Assembly: GCA_037446635.1 (NCBI GenBank)
Contig: JBBIIG010000001.1
Coordinates: forward strand, 117,638-181,637
Length of the DNA stretch: 64,000 nt
Direction: 5' to 3'
From: a bacterium
Lineage (GTDB): Bacteria > Zhuqueibacterota > Zhuqueibacteria > Oceanimicrobiales > Oceanimicrobiaceae
Shown here: positions 1 through 10,063 of the stretch, in pieces
Layout: the number at the start of each line of letters is the position of its first letter
How positions within the stretch are numbered: position 1 is the stretch's first letter
The notes under the pieces: generated by a model
Told to the model about the DNA's origin: nothing
What the model saw: the letters and a program-made list of their open reading frames with translations, nothing else
Database searches by the model: none
Translations under genes and position numbers: made by a program

Positions 1-917
1 TCCGCCTTAAATTTGCCGGCGCGAATTTGATCGTACAATCCGTAAAAAGCTTTGCCGGTGTAAACCGGATCTAAAATCATTCCCTCCGCTTGCGCTACCG
101 CTTTGATGATATCGATCTCCTCCTGGCGGCTCAACCCGTAGCCCTTGCCAACGTAGCCATCGATGATTTTGATTTCACTTTTGGAAATGCTCACATCGAT
201 GCCGAAGCGTTTAACGGCACTCTTAACGATGCCGTGGATTTTATTTACAAAATAGCTTTCGTTGTCACAAACGTTGATGCCGTGAATCTGTGCCGGTAGA
301 TCGTAAACGAATTTCCCCAGCAGCAAACCGGCGTAGGTGACGCCGGAGCCCACGGGCGAAATGATGTGATGGATTTTTAGTTTCATCGTTTTGAGTTGTT
401 GGGCGATTTCCTGCGCCGCCTTTACATACCCCAACGCGCCCAACTCATTCGAGCCGCCCTCCGGAATAATGTACGGCCGGTGCCCTTTGCTCTTGAGATT
501 TTCCGCGACGCGATTCATGATCTCATGAACGCGCTGATACGCTTCCGGTGTCACGTACTCCATTTCCGCGCCCACCAAGCGATTGAGCAGCGGGTTGGCC
601 TCCAAATCTCTGCTGATGCCGTTGCGCAGCACCAGATGGCTTTTTAATCCGAGTTTGGCGGCCGCTACGGCCGTGGTGCGTGCATGATTGGAGTGAATGC
701 CGCCGCAGGTGATCACGTAATCGCAATTCATGGTTTGGGCCTCGGCCAGCAGAAATTCTAACTTGCGAATTTTATTGCCGGTGGTCGCCATGCCGGTGTA
801 GTCGTCGCGCTTGACAAAAATAGTTGGCCCCTCGAACATTTTCGATATCCGTTCCATCTTGAAAATGGGCGTGGGCAGCTGGGCAAGTTTCACTGAATCG
901 GGAAAAGCAAAGGACAT
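1..917 (-). CDS. dcyD: D-cysteine desulfhydrase family PLP enzyme (3' end runs off the window)
   Basis: Absent from the ORF track because there is no stop in the window. Manual translation from ATG 917: MSFAFPDSVKLAQLPTP...VKRDDYTG..TGNKIRKLEF...TCGGIHSNHAR...IIPEGGSN...EGMILDPVYTGKA. Confidence 0.88.
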   Translation of the reverse strand, partial: MSFAFPDSVKLAQLPTPIFKMERISKMFEGPTIFVKRDDYTGMATTGNKIRKLEFLLAEAQTMNCDYVITCGGIHSNHARTTAVAAAKLGLKSHLVLRNGISRDLEANPLLNRLVGAEMEYVTPEAYQRVHEIMNRVAENLKSKGHRPYIIPEGGSNELGALGYVKAAQEIAQQLKTMKLKIHHIISPVGSGVTYAGLLLGKFVYDLPAQIHGINVCDNESYFVNKIHGIVKSAVKRFGIDVSISKSEIKIIDGYVGKGYGLSRQEEIDIIKAVAQAEGMILDPVYTGKAFYGLYDQIRAGKFKA

Positions 918-938
918 ATTCGATCTCCAGTAAAAAAA

Positions 939-1853
939 TCAGAACTTGAAGGGTTCTGGTGTAAACGATAAAACAAAAATAATCATCGTCACAATTCCAA
1001 GTAAAATGCGGGCGCCATCGACGGGGGTCTCGTCCAAAGTCGGCGGGTGGCGGTAACCAAACCAAAGGATGAGCAGCAGCAATAGCGCCCAGCCGCGATA
1101 CAAAAAAACGCATACCACGGCAAAAGCCAGGAGTGCAGCCATCGCTACCAACCTGTGCCGGCGCCCGATCATGGCGTACACGATGTGACCGCCGTCGAGC
1201 TGGCCGATGGGCAGCAGGTTGAGCGCAGTCACAAACAATCCCGCCCAGCCCGCAAACGCCAACGGGTGTAACAAGACATCCTTATTTTGCGGCAGATTGC
1301 CGATTGCGATTTTTGAAATTTGTTGATAGAGATACGACTCTCCCAAATGAATCGTGCCGGGACGGGACGCCTGGGTAAGATCGATGATTTCAGAAAATTG
1401 GATGCCGTAGTAAATGCAGGGAATGGTGACCGCCAGTCCGGCCAGCGGCCCCGCTACCGCAACATCGAATAAAGCTTTGCGGCTGGGGATGGCGGACTCC
1501 ATGCGAATCACCGCGCCCATGGTGCCGAACGGATTGATCACCGGCAAGAACGGAATGAAAAACGGCAGCGTCGCGCGGATGCCGTATTTTCGGCACATGA
1601 TGTAATGCCCCATTTCGTGAGCTAAAAGGATGGAAATAATCGCCGCGCTGTACCACGCGCCCGACTGCCACGTCCCCTGCTGCAACCAGCCGGTGGTAAA
1701 AGTAGTAGCACAAGTGGCCACAAACAAAATGACGTTGAGCTTGGGGTTGCGGCTGTTCAACTTTGAAAGCAACCGAAAGCGCCGCCTCTGGTGGTACGAT
1801 TGATAGTACTCTGGTGCGATAGAATCGCGTTCATCCCAGTAACGTTGTTCCAT
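939..1853 (-). CDS. Site-2 protease (peptidase M50) family intramembrane metalloprotease
   Basis: HEMGH zinc motif, AGPLAG, NLLPIGQLDGG, several TM segments. Confidence 0.93.
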   Translation of the reverse strand: MEQRYWDERDSIAPEYYQSYHQRRRFRLLSKLNSRNPKLNVILFVATCATTFTTGWLQQGTWQSGAWYSAAIISILLAHEMGHYIMCRKYGIRATLPFFIPFLPVINPFGTMGAVIRMESAIPSRKALFDVAVAGPLAGLAVTIPCIYYGIQFSEIIDLTQASRPGTIHLGESYLYQQISKIAIGNLPQNKDVLLHPLAFAGWAGLFVTALNLLPIGQLDGGHIVYAMIGRRHRLVAMAALLAFAVVCVFLYRGWALLLLLILWFGYRHPPTLDETPVDGARILLGIVTMIIFVLSFTPEPFKF

Positions 1854-1872
1854 CTATGAACATCCCCAGATT

Positions 1873-2664
1873 TTAATTTGCAAAATTAACGTTTATTTCA
1901 TCGCCGATTTGGCAGTGCAGGGTTTTTTGGGCGTCGCCGCCGTTGACGGCAATTTCCAAATAACCGGCGCTGCCAATTAATGCGATGGGTTTACCTTCTT
2001 TTCCAGCAAAATAGCTTTCAACTAAACCAACTATGACGGCGCCGGCGAGCTTAACGACGATTTGAGTGTGATGGCCGCGTTGCAAAACATCGCCTGGGAT
2101 ATTTGAAATTAAATTCCCAAAACGATCAACATAAATGATCTCGCCGAAGATCTCACGTTCGCGCTCAACCAGCCGCGGCAGCCGGCCGACTTTCCAGTCG
2201 CGCACCGGCGGCCCCAACTCAGCGATTGGAATTCCCTTTGCGAGATGCGCCGCTGCCGGCGCAAAAATATCGCGGCCGTGAAAGGTGCGGCTGACCTCGG
2301 CAAGAAAGTATTTTGAATTACTCACATGATACACATCTGCAGACTTATTTTTTTCCAAAACGAATTTGAGCACCCCATTGTCCGGCGCAAGAAATAAGTG
2401 GCTCCCAGCCGCGGCGGCTAAAATCCGGCGCTCGCCGCCCACCCCCGGATCGACCACCACGACATGAACGGTGCCCGGCGAAAAAAATTTATATATGCTG
2501 TTCAAAACAAACGCCGCGCCGTCTATATCCTGGGGAGCGATCTCGTGGCTGATATCAACGATAGTTGCCGCCGGAAAAATATTCAGCATCACGCCTTTCA
2601 TCGCACCGACGTAGCCATCGCGATGGCCGAAGTCGGTGATCAAAGTAATAATCTGCGATGTCAT
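1873..2664 (-). CDS. SAM hydroxide adenosyltransferase (DUF62, chlorinase/fluorinase superfamily)
   Basis: ITDFG, VVDPGVGGERR, APDNG, TFHGRDIF and DRFGNL motifs. Confidence 0.92.
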   Translation of the reverse strand: MTSQIITLITDFGHRDGYVGAMKGVMLNIFPAATIVDISHEIAPQDIDGAAFVLNSIYKFFSPGTVHVVVVDPGVGGERRILAAAAGSHLFLAPDNGVLKFVLEKNKSADVYHVSNSKYFLAEVSRTFHGRDIFAPAAAHLAKGIPIAELGPPVRDWKVGRLPRLVEREREIFGEIIYVDRFGNLISNIPGDVLQRGHHTQIVVKLAGAVIVGLVESYFAGKEGKPIALIGSAGYLEIAVNGGDAQKTLHCQIGDEINVNFAN

Positions 2665-2676
2665 CGTTACAAATTT

Positions 2677-2705
2677 AGTATAGGAAAATTGCCTTCAACT
2701 TTCAA
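2677..2705 (-). promoter_or_regulatory. Putative sigma70-type promoter for DUF62-S2P-dcyD
   Basis: Minus strand TTGAAA-N17-TATACT in the 63-bp gap, ending 12 nt before the ATG at 2664. Confidence 0.5.
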
Positions 2706-2727
2706 GTCAAAATTCTGATGAGACGGA

Positions 2728-4188
2728 TCAAACCGCGACCGCGGTCACGTTACAAAGCTCGAAACGGGTAAACGACATTTTCATCTCGGAGACCAGCGAA
2801 GCGACGCTCGCTGGCGCGTTGTCATCAATTAAGGTCTGATTCAGCCGCTTGGCCAGCAAACTCAATTTCTCGAACGTATGAAATGTCGTCCCGGTTGGGC
2901 GAATGGGCAGGATGGAATTGTTCGACAGCAGCGGGTCGGCGTTTTCTGGAAATCCAAAATACATCTGCGCCCGGCGCCATTCCATCGTTCCGGGGATGGG
3001 CGAAAAAACCGCCAGTCGGATTTTCACACCCTGTCGGTGAACAAAGGCCATGCTCCATAAAACTTCTTCGATGGATTGCCCGGGCAGCGCCGCGAGCACG
3101 TAGGCGTCGGCGTCGCCGCGGCGGTAGCCGGCATCGTAGAGGTGATGCACGGCGCGCTCAAAATAGTCGTCGCTGGATTTTTTGCAAATGTCTTTGTGGC
3201 GCAGCGGGTTGCCGGATTCATAACTCAGTCGGAGCGATTTGAAGCCGGCGCGAAACATCAACTGGGCAATTTCGCGATCGATTAACTTGCACTGCAAACC
3301 GTTCGGAGTGTGAAAGGTGATGTTCCAGCCGCGGCGGAGAATGTCATCCAAAATCAGCGACAGATGATGTTTGTGATTGGTGAGCAGCGCGTCGTCGTAA
3401 AAAGCAAATTCACGCAGGCCCAATTTTTCGTAATCGAATTCCATCTCCGCCAAAACATTTTCCGGGGTGCGCCAGCGGTACGCGCCCGCCACCAGATGGG
3501 AAGCGCAAAAGCTGCATTTCAGCGGGCAGCCGCGGGAAGTCATGATCACGGCGTAGCCGAGATTCTCATAAAGATCGAGCGCGGGGAACGGAATCTCGTC
3601 CAAAGAATTTGGGCAATACGGACGGTCACGTTTAATGCCGGCGATCGCATCCACACGCTGGAGCGCCGCCGCCTCTCCCTCACCGGCGAACACCTCATCT
3701 GCGCCGGCGTTGGCGCGCGCGTGATCATAACAGAGGGTTGCATAAATTCCGCCGAGCAGAATGGGAACGTTTGGAAACGCGCGCCGGATTTCTGTAATCG
3801 CGGTCTGGACACCGGGATACCAGTAGGTCATTCCTGAAGTAACGAGCACCGCCGCCGGGTTGCTCATTCGCCGCAACTTTTGCTGGAACAGCTCCAGCGG
3901 CAGACCGTAGCGCGCAAAATGGCGGGGAATATTTCGATACAACTCCGGCTTGGGGATGATTTCACGATGAAATTTGCCGGTGTTGAAAAAACGGTTTTTA
4001 GGTCGTGCCAGTCCCTGCAATGTTAACAGCTCGGGATCGCCGCGGTGCAGGCAATCGATGAGCTCGACCTCGTAACCATGTCGGCGCAAAACCGCGGCAA
4101 TATAAAGAACCCCCAGCGGTTTGAGCCAATAATCATAAGCGGCAAAATCCGTGATCCAAGGATTGACCAAAAGAATCTTGGAATTCAT
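2728..4188 (-). CDS. Cobalamin-binding radical SAM protein
   Basis: N-terminal B12-binding-like domain (PLGVLYIAAVL, LLGGIYAT); SRGCPLKCSFC CxxxCxxC motif; FYDD. Confidence 0.9.
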   Translation of the reverse strand: MNSKILLVNPWITDFAAYDYWLKPLGVLYIAAVLRRHGYEVELIDCLHRGDPELLTLQGLARPKNRFFNTGKFHREIIPKPELYRNIPRHFARYGLPLELFQQKLRRMSNPAAVLVTSGMTYWYPGVQTAITEIRRAFPNVPILLGGIYATLCYDHARANAGADEVFAGEGEAAALQRVDAIAGIKRDRPYCPNSLDEIPFPALDLYENLGYAVIMTSRGCPLKCSFCASHLVAGAYRWRTPENVLAEMEFDYEKLGLREFAFYDDALLTNHKHHLSLILDDILRRGWNITFHTPNGLQCKLIDREIAQLMFRAGFKSLRLSYESGNPLRHKDICKKSSDDYFERAVHHLYDAGYRRGDADAYVLAALPGQSIEEVLWSMAFVHRQGVKIRLAVFSPIPGTMEWRRAQMYFGFPENADPLLSNNSILPIRPTGTTFHTFEKLSLLAKRLNQTLIDDNAPASVASLVSEMKMSFTRFELCNVTAVAV

Positions 4189-4194
4189 GGCTCA

Positions 4195-5340
4195 CTACTT
4201 CATGCCGGCGATGATGAGGTAAACGTCGTCCTTTAAGGAATTGGGGGAGTATTGGTACACGCCGGTGAGGACGGACTCGATGATTTCGTTGGCGGAATGA
4301 TAAATGGCCGGCTTGAAAAAATTGATGAAGCCGTCGATTCCCAATTGCCGGCCGCTGCCGTCCTCGGCTTCGATGATGCCGTCGGTGTAGAGAATGATTT
4401 TATCTTCGGGCTCGACGCGGACGCTTTCCTGCAGAAAATTATTTTCCTTGCGCTTGTCGTAGCCGAGGATCACATTCTGCGACTCCATGCGCTGGAATTT
4501 GTTTTCGCGGCTGCGCCAAAGGATGGCGGCCGGGTGAGCGCTGCCGGCATAGGTGAACGTGCCCTTGCGCAAATTGATGACGCCGGAAAACATGGTCAGA
4601 AACATCGCCATGCCTTCGAACGTTTGCAGGATAAAATTGTTGACGTGATAAAGGATGGTCTGCGGCTGCAGGTGCTCGCGCACCAATTTGCGAATCTCGC
4701 TGCATATACGATTCACCATCAGCGCGGCGGTGATGCCGTGCCCGGTAACATCGACGAGGTTGAGATAAACATTTTCACTGCCGTCGAAATAGACGTCGGC
4801 AAAATCGCCGCCGACGCCAATCATTGGCAGATATTTGACGTGCACATCAACGCCGGGCAAACTGATGGGCTGCGGCACCAGACTTTTCTGAACCTGTTCG
4901 GCCAGGCTCAAATCTTTTTTGATCATTTCCTGGTACGCCAGCAGCTCCTGCTGCTGCCGCTCGATCTGCAGCTTGAATTGCCGGCGTTCCAGCGCCTTCT
5001 GAACTTTGAGGCGAAACTCCTCCATGTCGATGGGCTTGGTCAAGTACTCGAACGCGCCTAACTTCATCGCCTCTACGGCGGTGGCCACCGTGCCGTGGCC
5101 AGTCAAAATCAGCACTTCGGTGCTCTTGTCCTTGTTTTTGACAATCTTCAAAACTTCGATGCCGCCCACCTCTTTCATGTGCATGTCCGAGACCACCAAA
5201 TCATAAGAATGCTTCTTCAGCTCGTCGGCGACCAGCTTGCCGTCGGAGAGCTGACGCACTATGTGGCCATCCTTTTTCAGGACTTCGGAAAGCAGAAAGG
5301 TGATGGATTTTTCGTCGTCAACAACTAAGATTGCAGCCAT
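4195..5340 (-). CDS. Response-regulator receiver fused to SpoIIE/PP2C phosphatase
   Basis: REC domain (ILVVDDE, VSDMHM, LTGHG, YLTKP), coiled coil, then PP2C (GGDF, DVTGHG, YTDGIIEA, DDV). Confidence 0.92.
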   Translation of the reverse strand: MAAILVVDDEKSITFLLSEVLKKDGHIVRQLSDGKLVADELKKHSYDLVVSDMHMKEVGGIEVLKIVKNKDKSTEVLILTGHGTVATAVEAMKLGAFEYLTKPIDMEEFRLKVQKALERRQFKLQIERQQQELLAYQEMIKKDLSLAEQVQKSLVPQPISLPGVDVHVKYLPMIGVGGDFADVYFDGSENVYLNLVDVTGHGITAALMVNRICSEIRKLVREHLQPQTILYHVNNFILQTFEGMAMFLTMFSGVINLRKGTFTYAGSAHPAAILWRSRENKFQRMESQNVILGYDKRKENNFLQESVRVEPEDKIILYTDGIIEAEDGSGRQLGIDGFINFFKPAIYHSANEIIESVLTGVYQYSPNSLKDDVYLIIAGMK

Positions 5341-5347
5341 TGCAATT

Positions 5348-7087
5348 TCACAAAACTTTCAGAACCAGCATGGTAATGTCGTCGGCTTGCGGCAGCCCCT
5401 GTGAAAACTCCTTCACTTCTTTTATGATGGTTTGCAGGATCTCCTCGGCTGGTTTCGAGTAGTTTTTTTGAATACAGGCTTCGATGCGTTTTTCTTCGAA
5501 TTCCTCTTCTTCGATGTTCACGGCCTCTGAGACGCCGTCGGTAAACATCAGAAGGCCATCGCCGGGCTGCAGTTGCACGGTTTGAACGGTGTAGGGCATG
5601 TTGGGCATCATTCCCAACAGCAGGCCGCCTTCGGTTAACGTTTGAAACGAGCCATCTTTGTGAAATAAATAAGGCGGATTGTGTCCGGCGTTGACCGAAA
5701 TCAGGGTGCGAGTCTGGGTGTCCAAAATCGCAATAAAAAAAGTGATAAATTTGTCAATGGAGGTGTTGCGATAAATGATGTTGTTGATGCGGAAACAGAT
5801 TTCATCAATCGTGAGGCCAGTGTTCAGCAGCGCGTGCAGGCTGGCCTGCAAATTCGACATCAGCAGCGCCGCCGGCACGCCTTTGCCGGAGACGTCGGCG
5901 ATGCAAAACGCATACTGGCCATCGTTGAGTTTGATGCAGTCAAAATAATCGCCGCCCACCTGCCGCGACGGAATGTTAATGGAGGCGACGTCATAATTTG
6001 GAATGGTGAGGCACGAGTCCGGCAGCAGACGTTTCTGAATATCGCGGGCGATGAGCAGCTCCTCCTCCATGCGCTGCTTTTCCAGAGTCTCCTCGAACAG
6101 CCGCGCGTTTTCAATGGAAATGATGGAGAGGTTGCCCAGCGTGGTGAGAAAATCCAATTCTTCTTTCACGAATTTGTTGCGGGTAATTTTGTCGCCCAGC
6201 GCAATCACCCCTTTGGTTTCGTTTTGAATGCGCATAGGCACAACGATGGCGATCGCCAGCTTCTTGAATTTAGCCGTCAGCGGGTGCTCGTTCTCGCTCA
6301 GAATAAGTGGGGCGTCTAATGCGAGCAGCTCGTTCAAAAATTCGGCTTCGTTGGTGATGTGCAGGTCCTGTTCGCTCTGATAGCCTTTGTTCAATTTTAG
6401 AGTCATGCTGTCGCCGATTTTCAAAAAAATCAGGCAGCGGTTGACCATCATTTCGCCCATAATGGAATAGGCCAGCAGGTTCACCACTTTATCGGTTTCG
6501 AGGGTGGAGTTCAATTCTTTGCCGATCTCGAACAGGGTGTTTAACTCCTGCACCTTTTTATCCAGTTGGCGGTTGACTTCCTTCAACTCCTGAAAGATGA
6601 GGCCGTTTTGCACCGCGGTGGCGGCGATGTTAGAAAGCGAATGCAAATAGTCCAGCTCGGAATCGCTGTAGTCCTTCCCTAAAATCTTTTTGCCGAAACC
6701 GATCAGCCCTAACTTCTTTTGATCGTGAACGATGGGGATGATCAGCTCGATGCCGTTTTTGAGAAAGAACGCCTGCCACGGCGCGGGATCGAGTTGGGCG
6801 ATGTATTCCGGCTGCGTTGGTAAATCGTCGATCTCGATGGTTTGCCCTAAAAGTGATTTCGGCAAGCCTTTGAGGGTGTCGATGACATAGCCTTTGCCGC
6901 CGTTGGAAATGAGCACCACCCCTTTGCCGATCAACATTTTTCCCATGGGGGTCAACAAAATGGTATCGAGAATATTTTTTAAATTGAGAGAGGAGTTGAG
7001 GGCTTTGCTTAAATCGAAGAGGGCTTGCAGCTCGAAAAGCTTCTCGTCCAACTGCACGATTTCTGGTTTTTCAGTAACGTGTGCCAC
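5348..7087 (-). CDS. rsbU: GAF-GAF-SpoIIE/PP2C phosphatase (RsbU-like)
   Basis: Two GAF-like repeats ending ATAVQNG and ISIENARL; PP2C motifs GGDYFD, ADVSGKG, NAGHNPP, FTDGVSEA, DDIT. Confidence 0.9.
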   Translation of the reverse strand: MAHVTEKPEIVQLDEKLFELQALFDLSKALNSSLNLKNILDTILLTPMGKMLIGKGVVLISNGGKGYVIDTLKGLPKSLLGQTIEIDDLPTQPEYIAQLDPAPWQAFFLKNGIELIIPIVHDQKKLGLIGFGKKILGKDYSDSELDYLHSLSNIAATAVQNGLIFQELKEVNRQLDKKVQELNTLFEIGKELNSTLETDKVVNLLAYSIMGEMMVNRCLIFLKIGDSMTLKLNKGYQSEQDLHITNEAEFLNELLALDAPLILSENEHPLTAKFKKLAIAIVVPMRIQNETKGVIALGDKITRNKFVKEELDFLTTLGNLSIISIENARLFEETLEKQRMEEELLIARDIQKRLLPDSCLTIPNYDVASINIPSRQVGGDYFDCIKLNDGQYAFCIADVSGKGVPAALLMSNLQASLHALLNTGLTIDEICFRINNIIYRNTSIDKFITFFIAILDTQTRTLISVNAGHNPPYLFHKDGSFQTLTEGGLLLGMMPNMPYTVQTVQLQPGDGLLMFTDGVSEAVNIEEEEFEEKRIEACIQKNYSKPAEEILQTIIKEVKEFSQGLPQADDITMLVLKVL

Positions 7088-7104
7088 AATAAGCGAATGG
7101 GATT

Positions 7105-7569
7105 TTAGTTTGCGTCGTTTGTGGAGGCGGGTTTATTGAGATATTTGATCATCTTGACTTGATTGCGAACTCCGGGTTTGACGTCGAAGTTAACCTTGTC
7201 CATCAGCGTTTCAATCAAATAGATGCCGAGCCCTCCGACTCGCATCTCTTGCAGATACTCGTTCATTTTCGGCAACTTGATTTCGTCGGGATTGAATCCT
7301 TTGCCTTTGTCGGTTACTACCACCATCAGTTTTTGTTTATCAACTTTGATGAGAATGTCGATGATATTTTTCGAATTGCTGCCGTAGGCGTGTTTGATGA
7401 CGTTGGCGCAAGCTTCGTCCACGGCTAACTCGATCTTGCTGACGTCGTCGTTGCTGAATCCTACTTTGGTCGCTACTTTCGCGACCAGCTCTCTAATCAG
7501 CGAGAGATTGTCGGACTGGCTGGGTAATTTCAGTCGATATTGAATAGGCGTTTTTCCCAAAATTGTCAT
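7105..7569 (-). CDS. rsbW: Anti-sigma factor Ser kinase (RsbW/SpoIIAB-like)
   Basis: ELAVDEACANVIKHAY (N box), DKGKGF (G1), GGLGIYLI (G2). Confidence 0.92.
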   Translation of the reverse strand: MTILGKTPIQYRLKLPSQSDNLSLIRELVAKVATKVGFSNDDVSKIELAVDEACANVIKHAYGSNSKNIIDILIKVDKQKLMVVVTDKGKGFNPDEIKLPKMNEYLQEMRVGGLGIYLIETLMDKVNFDVKPGVRNQVKMIKYLNKPASTNDAN

Positions 7570-7623
7570 CTACCTCATTTTAGGCCGGAATACATAAATT
7601 GCGTGGTTGACTTCTGATCGCGA

Positions 7624-7986
7624 TCAATTTTTCACTTTCGCTTTGTTGAATTTTTCGATGGCCTTTTCTTCTTCCTCAAGAATGTCATAAAGCGTTGGAA
7701 ATCCTAACAAGTCAAAAACACGATAAATTTTGGGCTTCATGTTGGTGAGCTTGATGTCGCCGCCATTTTGCCGGATGTCTTCGATAAAACCCATAAAGAC
7801 GCCCAGGCCCGCGCTGCTGATATAATTCAGGTCTTTGAAGTTGACCACGATGCTGTACTTTTTCGCATCCACCAATTGTTGAAACGCGGATTCCAGATCG
7901 GGCGCGGTATGGGCATCTAAGTAGCCTTTAATATATAGGATGGCAACGTCGCCATTTTCACTCTTAGCTACTTCAAATCCTTCCAT
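7624..7986 (-). CDS. rsbV: Anti-sigma factor antagonist (STAS, RsbV-like)
   Basis: GYLDAHTAP and YISSAGLG phospho-Ser motif; AAGGAGG RBS. Confidence 0.92.
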   Translation of the reverse strand: MEGFEVAKSENGDVAILYIKGYLDAHTAPDLESAFQQLVDAKKYSIVVNFKDLNYISSAGLGVFMGFIEDIRQNGGDIKLTNMKPKIYRVFDLLGFPTLYDILEEEEKAIEKFNKAKVKN

Positions 7987-8030
7987 CTAATTTCCTCCTT
8001 AGTAACAGACCACAACTTTTGATTTTAGAA

Positions 8031-10055
8031 TTATGTTGCCTTTATAACAACACACGTCAGATCATCATGAGCTTTCTCGCGGCCAATAAAGTCGCTGACT
8101 TCTTTGACCAGCGCCTCTTTGAGGTCCGACGCGTTCAAGCTGCTGTGATTTGCAACGAACTCGCGCAGCCGCTCCGCATCGAATTCCTTTTGTTCGGCGC
8201 TGCGCGCCTCCACCAGGCCATCGGTGTAAAAAACCAGTACGTCACCGCATGCGAGTTGGATGGTTTGCTCGCAGAGGATGCCATCAAACTTTTCGCCGTA
8301 TTCCAACCCGAGCCCCAACCCCGTTGGCTCGACAAATTGCGCTGTGTTTTTTTTCTTTGCATAATAAAGCAGCGGACAGTGTCCGGCGCGCGCCAGGGTC
8401 AACTCCTTTTTCTTGACGTCGAGAACGGCGTAAATCAAACTAATAAAAAATTGCGGCTCCAAATTCCCGTACAACGTTTTGTTGATATGCACGACGATGT
8501 CTTTCGGCGACGAATACATGCCGGCAACCGATTCGATGATGCCCTTCAATTCCGCCATGTAAAAAGCCGCCTTCGCGCCTTTGCCGGAAACATCGCCGAC
8601 GGTGATGGCCAACCTATTGTCATTCAGCTTGAAAAAATCGTAATAGTCTCCCCCCACTTCGTTGGCGGTGATGCAAATAGCGTCGATTTGAAAGCCCGCG
8701 ACATTGGGCATCACCTTCGGCAGCAGTTTGCGCTGGGCGTCTTGTGCAATTTTTAGCTCCTGCTCCAGCCGTTCTTTTACCAACAACTCCTCGAACATTC
8801 GCGCGTTCTCGAGGGCGATGGCGGCCTGATTGGCGAACGCTTGCAGCAGCTCGCGCTCGTCTTCGTCATAAGCGAAGGGATCCGCCTTTCCAGAATAGAG
8901 GACTCCCAAAACCCGATTTTGTGAAATCAGCGGCACAGCCAAGAGCGAGCCTAATTTTTTCGCGGAACCCAAAAAATCTTTGCAGCGCGGGTCCTTCGCC
9001 GCCTCATTGATGAGTAACGAGCTTTTGTTGTCGAGAATCCAATTGTTCACACCGTTGGCGGCGTGAAGCTGCAGGTGTTTGATTTCAGCCTCGTCCAAAT
9101 TTTCAGCAGATACCACTTTTAGATCGCCCGGGCCCGGCGGCGCCAGAGTCAACCAGAGGGCGTCTGGGCGAATGATGGCGGCCGCTTTGCTGGTGATCAC
9201 CGGCGCAATCTTTTTTGAATCAAACACGGACGATAGTGTACGGCTCAAGTCATGCAAGGATTCAATCTCGCGAATTTTGCGATCAAAAATACCAGCCGTG
9301 GGTAAGTGCAAGATCAGGCTTAAAAAACTCATGCCTAAATAAATAGCAAGAAAAAGCCCGGCCTTATCGATCAATGCCGCCAGAGAAATGCTGTACTCTT
9401 TTAGAAATGAATTTTGAGCGATCTCGACTTGAAACAAGATCGCGCCCACCAGCAGTGGGGCGCCCATCCACAGACAGTGGATTTTTTGCCGCTTGTTCAG
9501 ATAATTGATCCACGAATTTCTTAAGGCATTCAAAACCATTAATACGATCAAAATGTAAAGAACAAATTCATGCGCAAATTTAAGCGGCTGGGAATTCACA
9601 CCCTCAGAATAGCCATTTCCGTTCAAATTTGCAAGCACAACTTCCAGCCCCAGGAAGATCAGCAGAAAGTTAAAATTACGAGACGATGTCTTCCTTCTTT
9701 TGAAAAAAACCAGGTCGCGCAGGATGAGCAGCATTCCAGCCAAAAGAATGGCGCTGCTCAACGTGAAAAGCGCTCTGAAAGCAAGGCCGCCAAACGATAA
9801 CAGGTAAGCGCCGTATATCAGCGCCACGCCAAAATAGAGTCCCTTGAGCTTGATGAACACATCTTTGTTGACGACAAACCGGCTGCGATTCCATAGCGGG
9901 ATGCTCGATATCACTAAAGCAACCAGCAGCGGCTCGCGCAGATACGAAACGCCAGCAATCAATTCTCTATTGAGGTACAAAAAAAAATCAATGGCGAAGG
10001 CCAGAGCCAGCACAATTAGAAACAGCGCCGACGCGATGCGATTTAGCCGCCCCAT
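8031..10055 (-). CDS. Multi-TM membrane protein with GAF and SpoIIE/PP2C phosphatase domains
   Basis: About 8 hydrophobic segments in the first ~250 aa; GAF ending ANQAAIALENAR; PP2C motifs GGDYYD, GDVSGKG, YTDGLVEA, DDLT. Confidence 0.9.
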   Translation of the reverse strand: MGRLNRIASALFLIVLALAFAIDFFLYLNRELIAGVSYLREPLLVALVISSIPLWNRSRFVVNKDVFIKLKGLYFGVALIYGAYLLSFGGLAFRALFTLSSAILLAGMLLILRDLVFFKRRKTSSRNFNFLLIFLGLEVVLANLNGNGYSEGVNSQPLKFAHEFVLYILIVLMVLNALRNSWINYLNKRQKIHCLWMGAPLLVGAILFQVEIAQNSFLKEYSISLAALIDKAGLFLAIYLGMSFLSLILHLPTAGIFDRKIREIESLHDLSRTLSSVFDSKKIAPVITSKAAAIIRPDALWLTLAPPGPGDLKVVSAENLDEAEIKHLQLHAANGVNNWILDNKSSLLINEAAKDPRCKDFLGSAKKLGSLLAVPLISQNRVLGVLYSGKADPFAYDEDERELLQAFANQAAIALENARMFEELLVKERLEQELKIAQDAQRKLLPKVMPNVAGFQIDAICITANEVGGDYYDFFKLNDNRLAITVGDVSGKGAKAAFYMAELKGIIESVAGMYSSPKDIVVHINKTLYGNLEPQFFISLIYAVLDVKKKELTLARAGHCPLLYYAKKKNTAQFVEPTGLGLGLEYGEKFDGILCEQTIQLACGDVLVFYTDGLVEARSAEQKEFDAERLREFVANHSSLNASDLKEALVKEVSDFIGREKAHDDLTCVVIKAT

Positions 10056-10063
10056 ACTCTCCC

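Noticed and set aside
1..917. ACC deaminase
   Set aside because: The motif reads DPVYTGK rather than the DPVYEGK of true ACC deaminases.
1873..2664. Fluorinase or chlorinase (halogenase)
   Set aside because: It carries the Asp/Arg/His pattern (VDPGVG..RR, TFHGRD) of DUF62 SAM hydrolases, and there is no halometabolite cluster around it.
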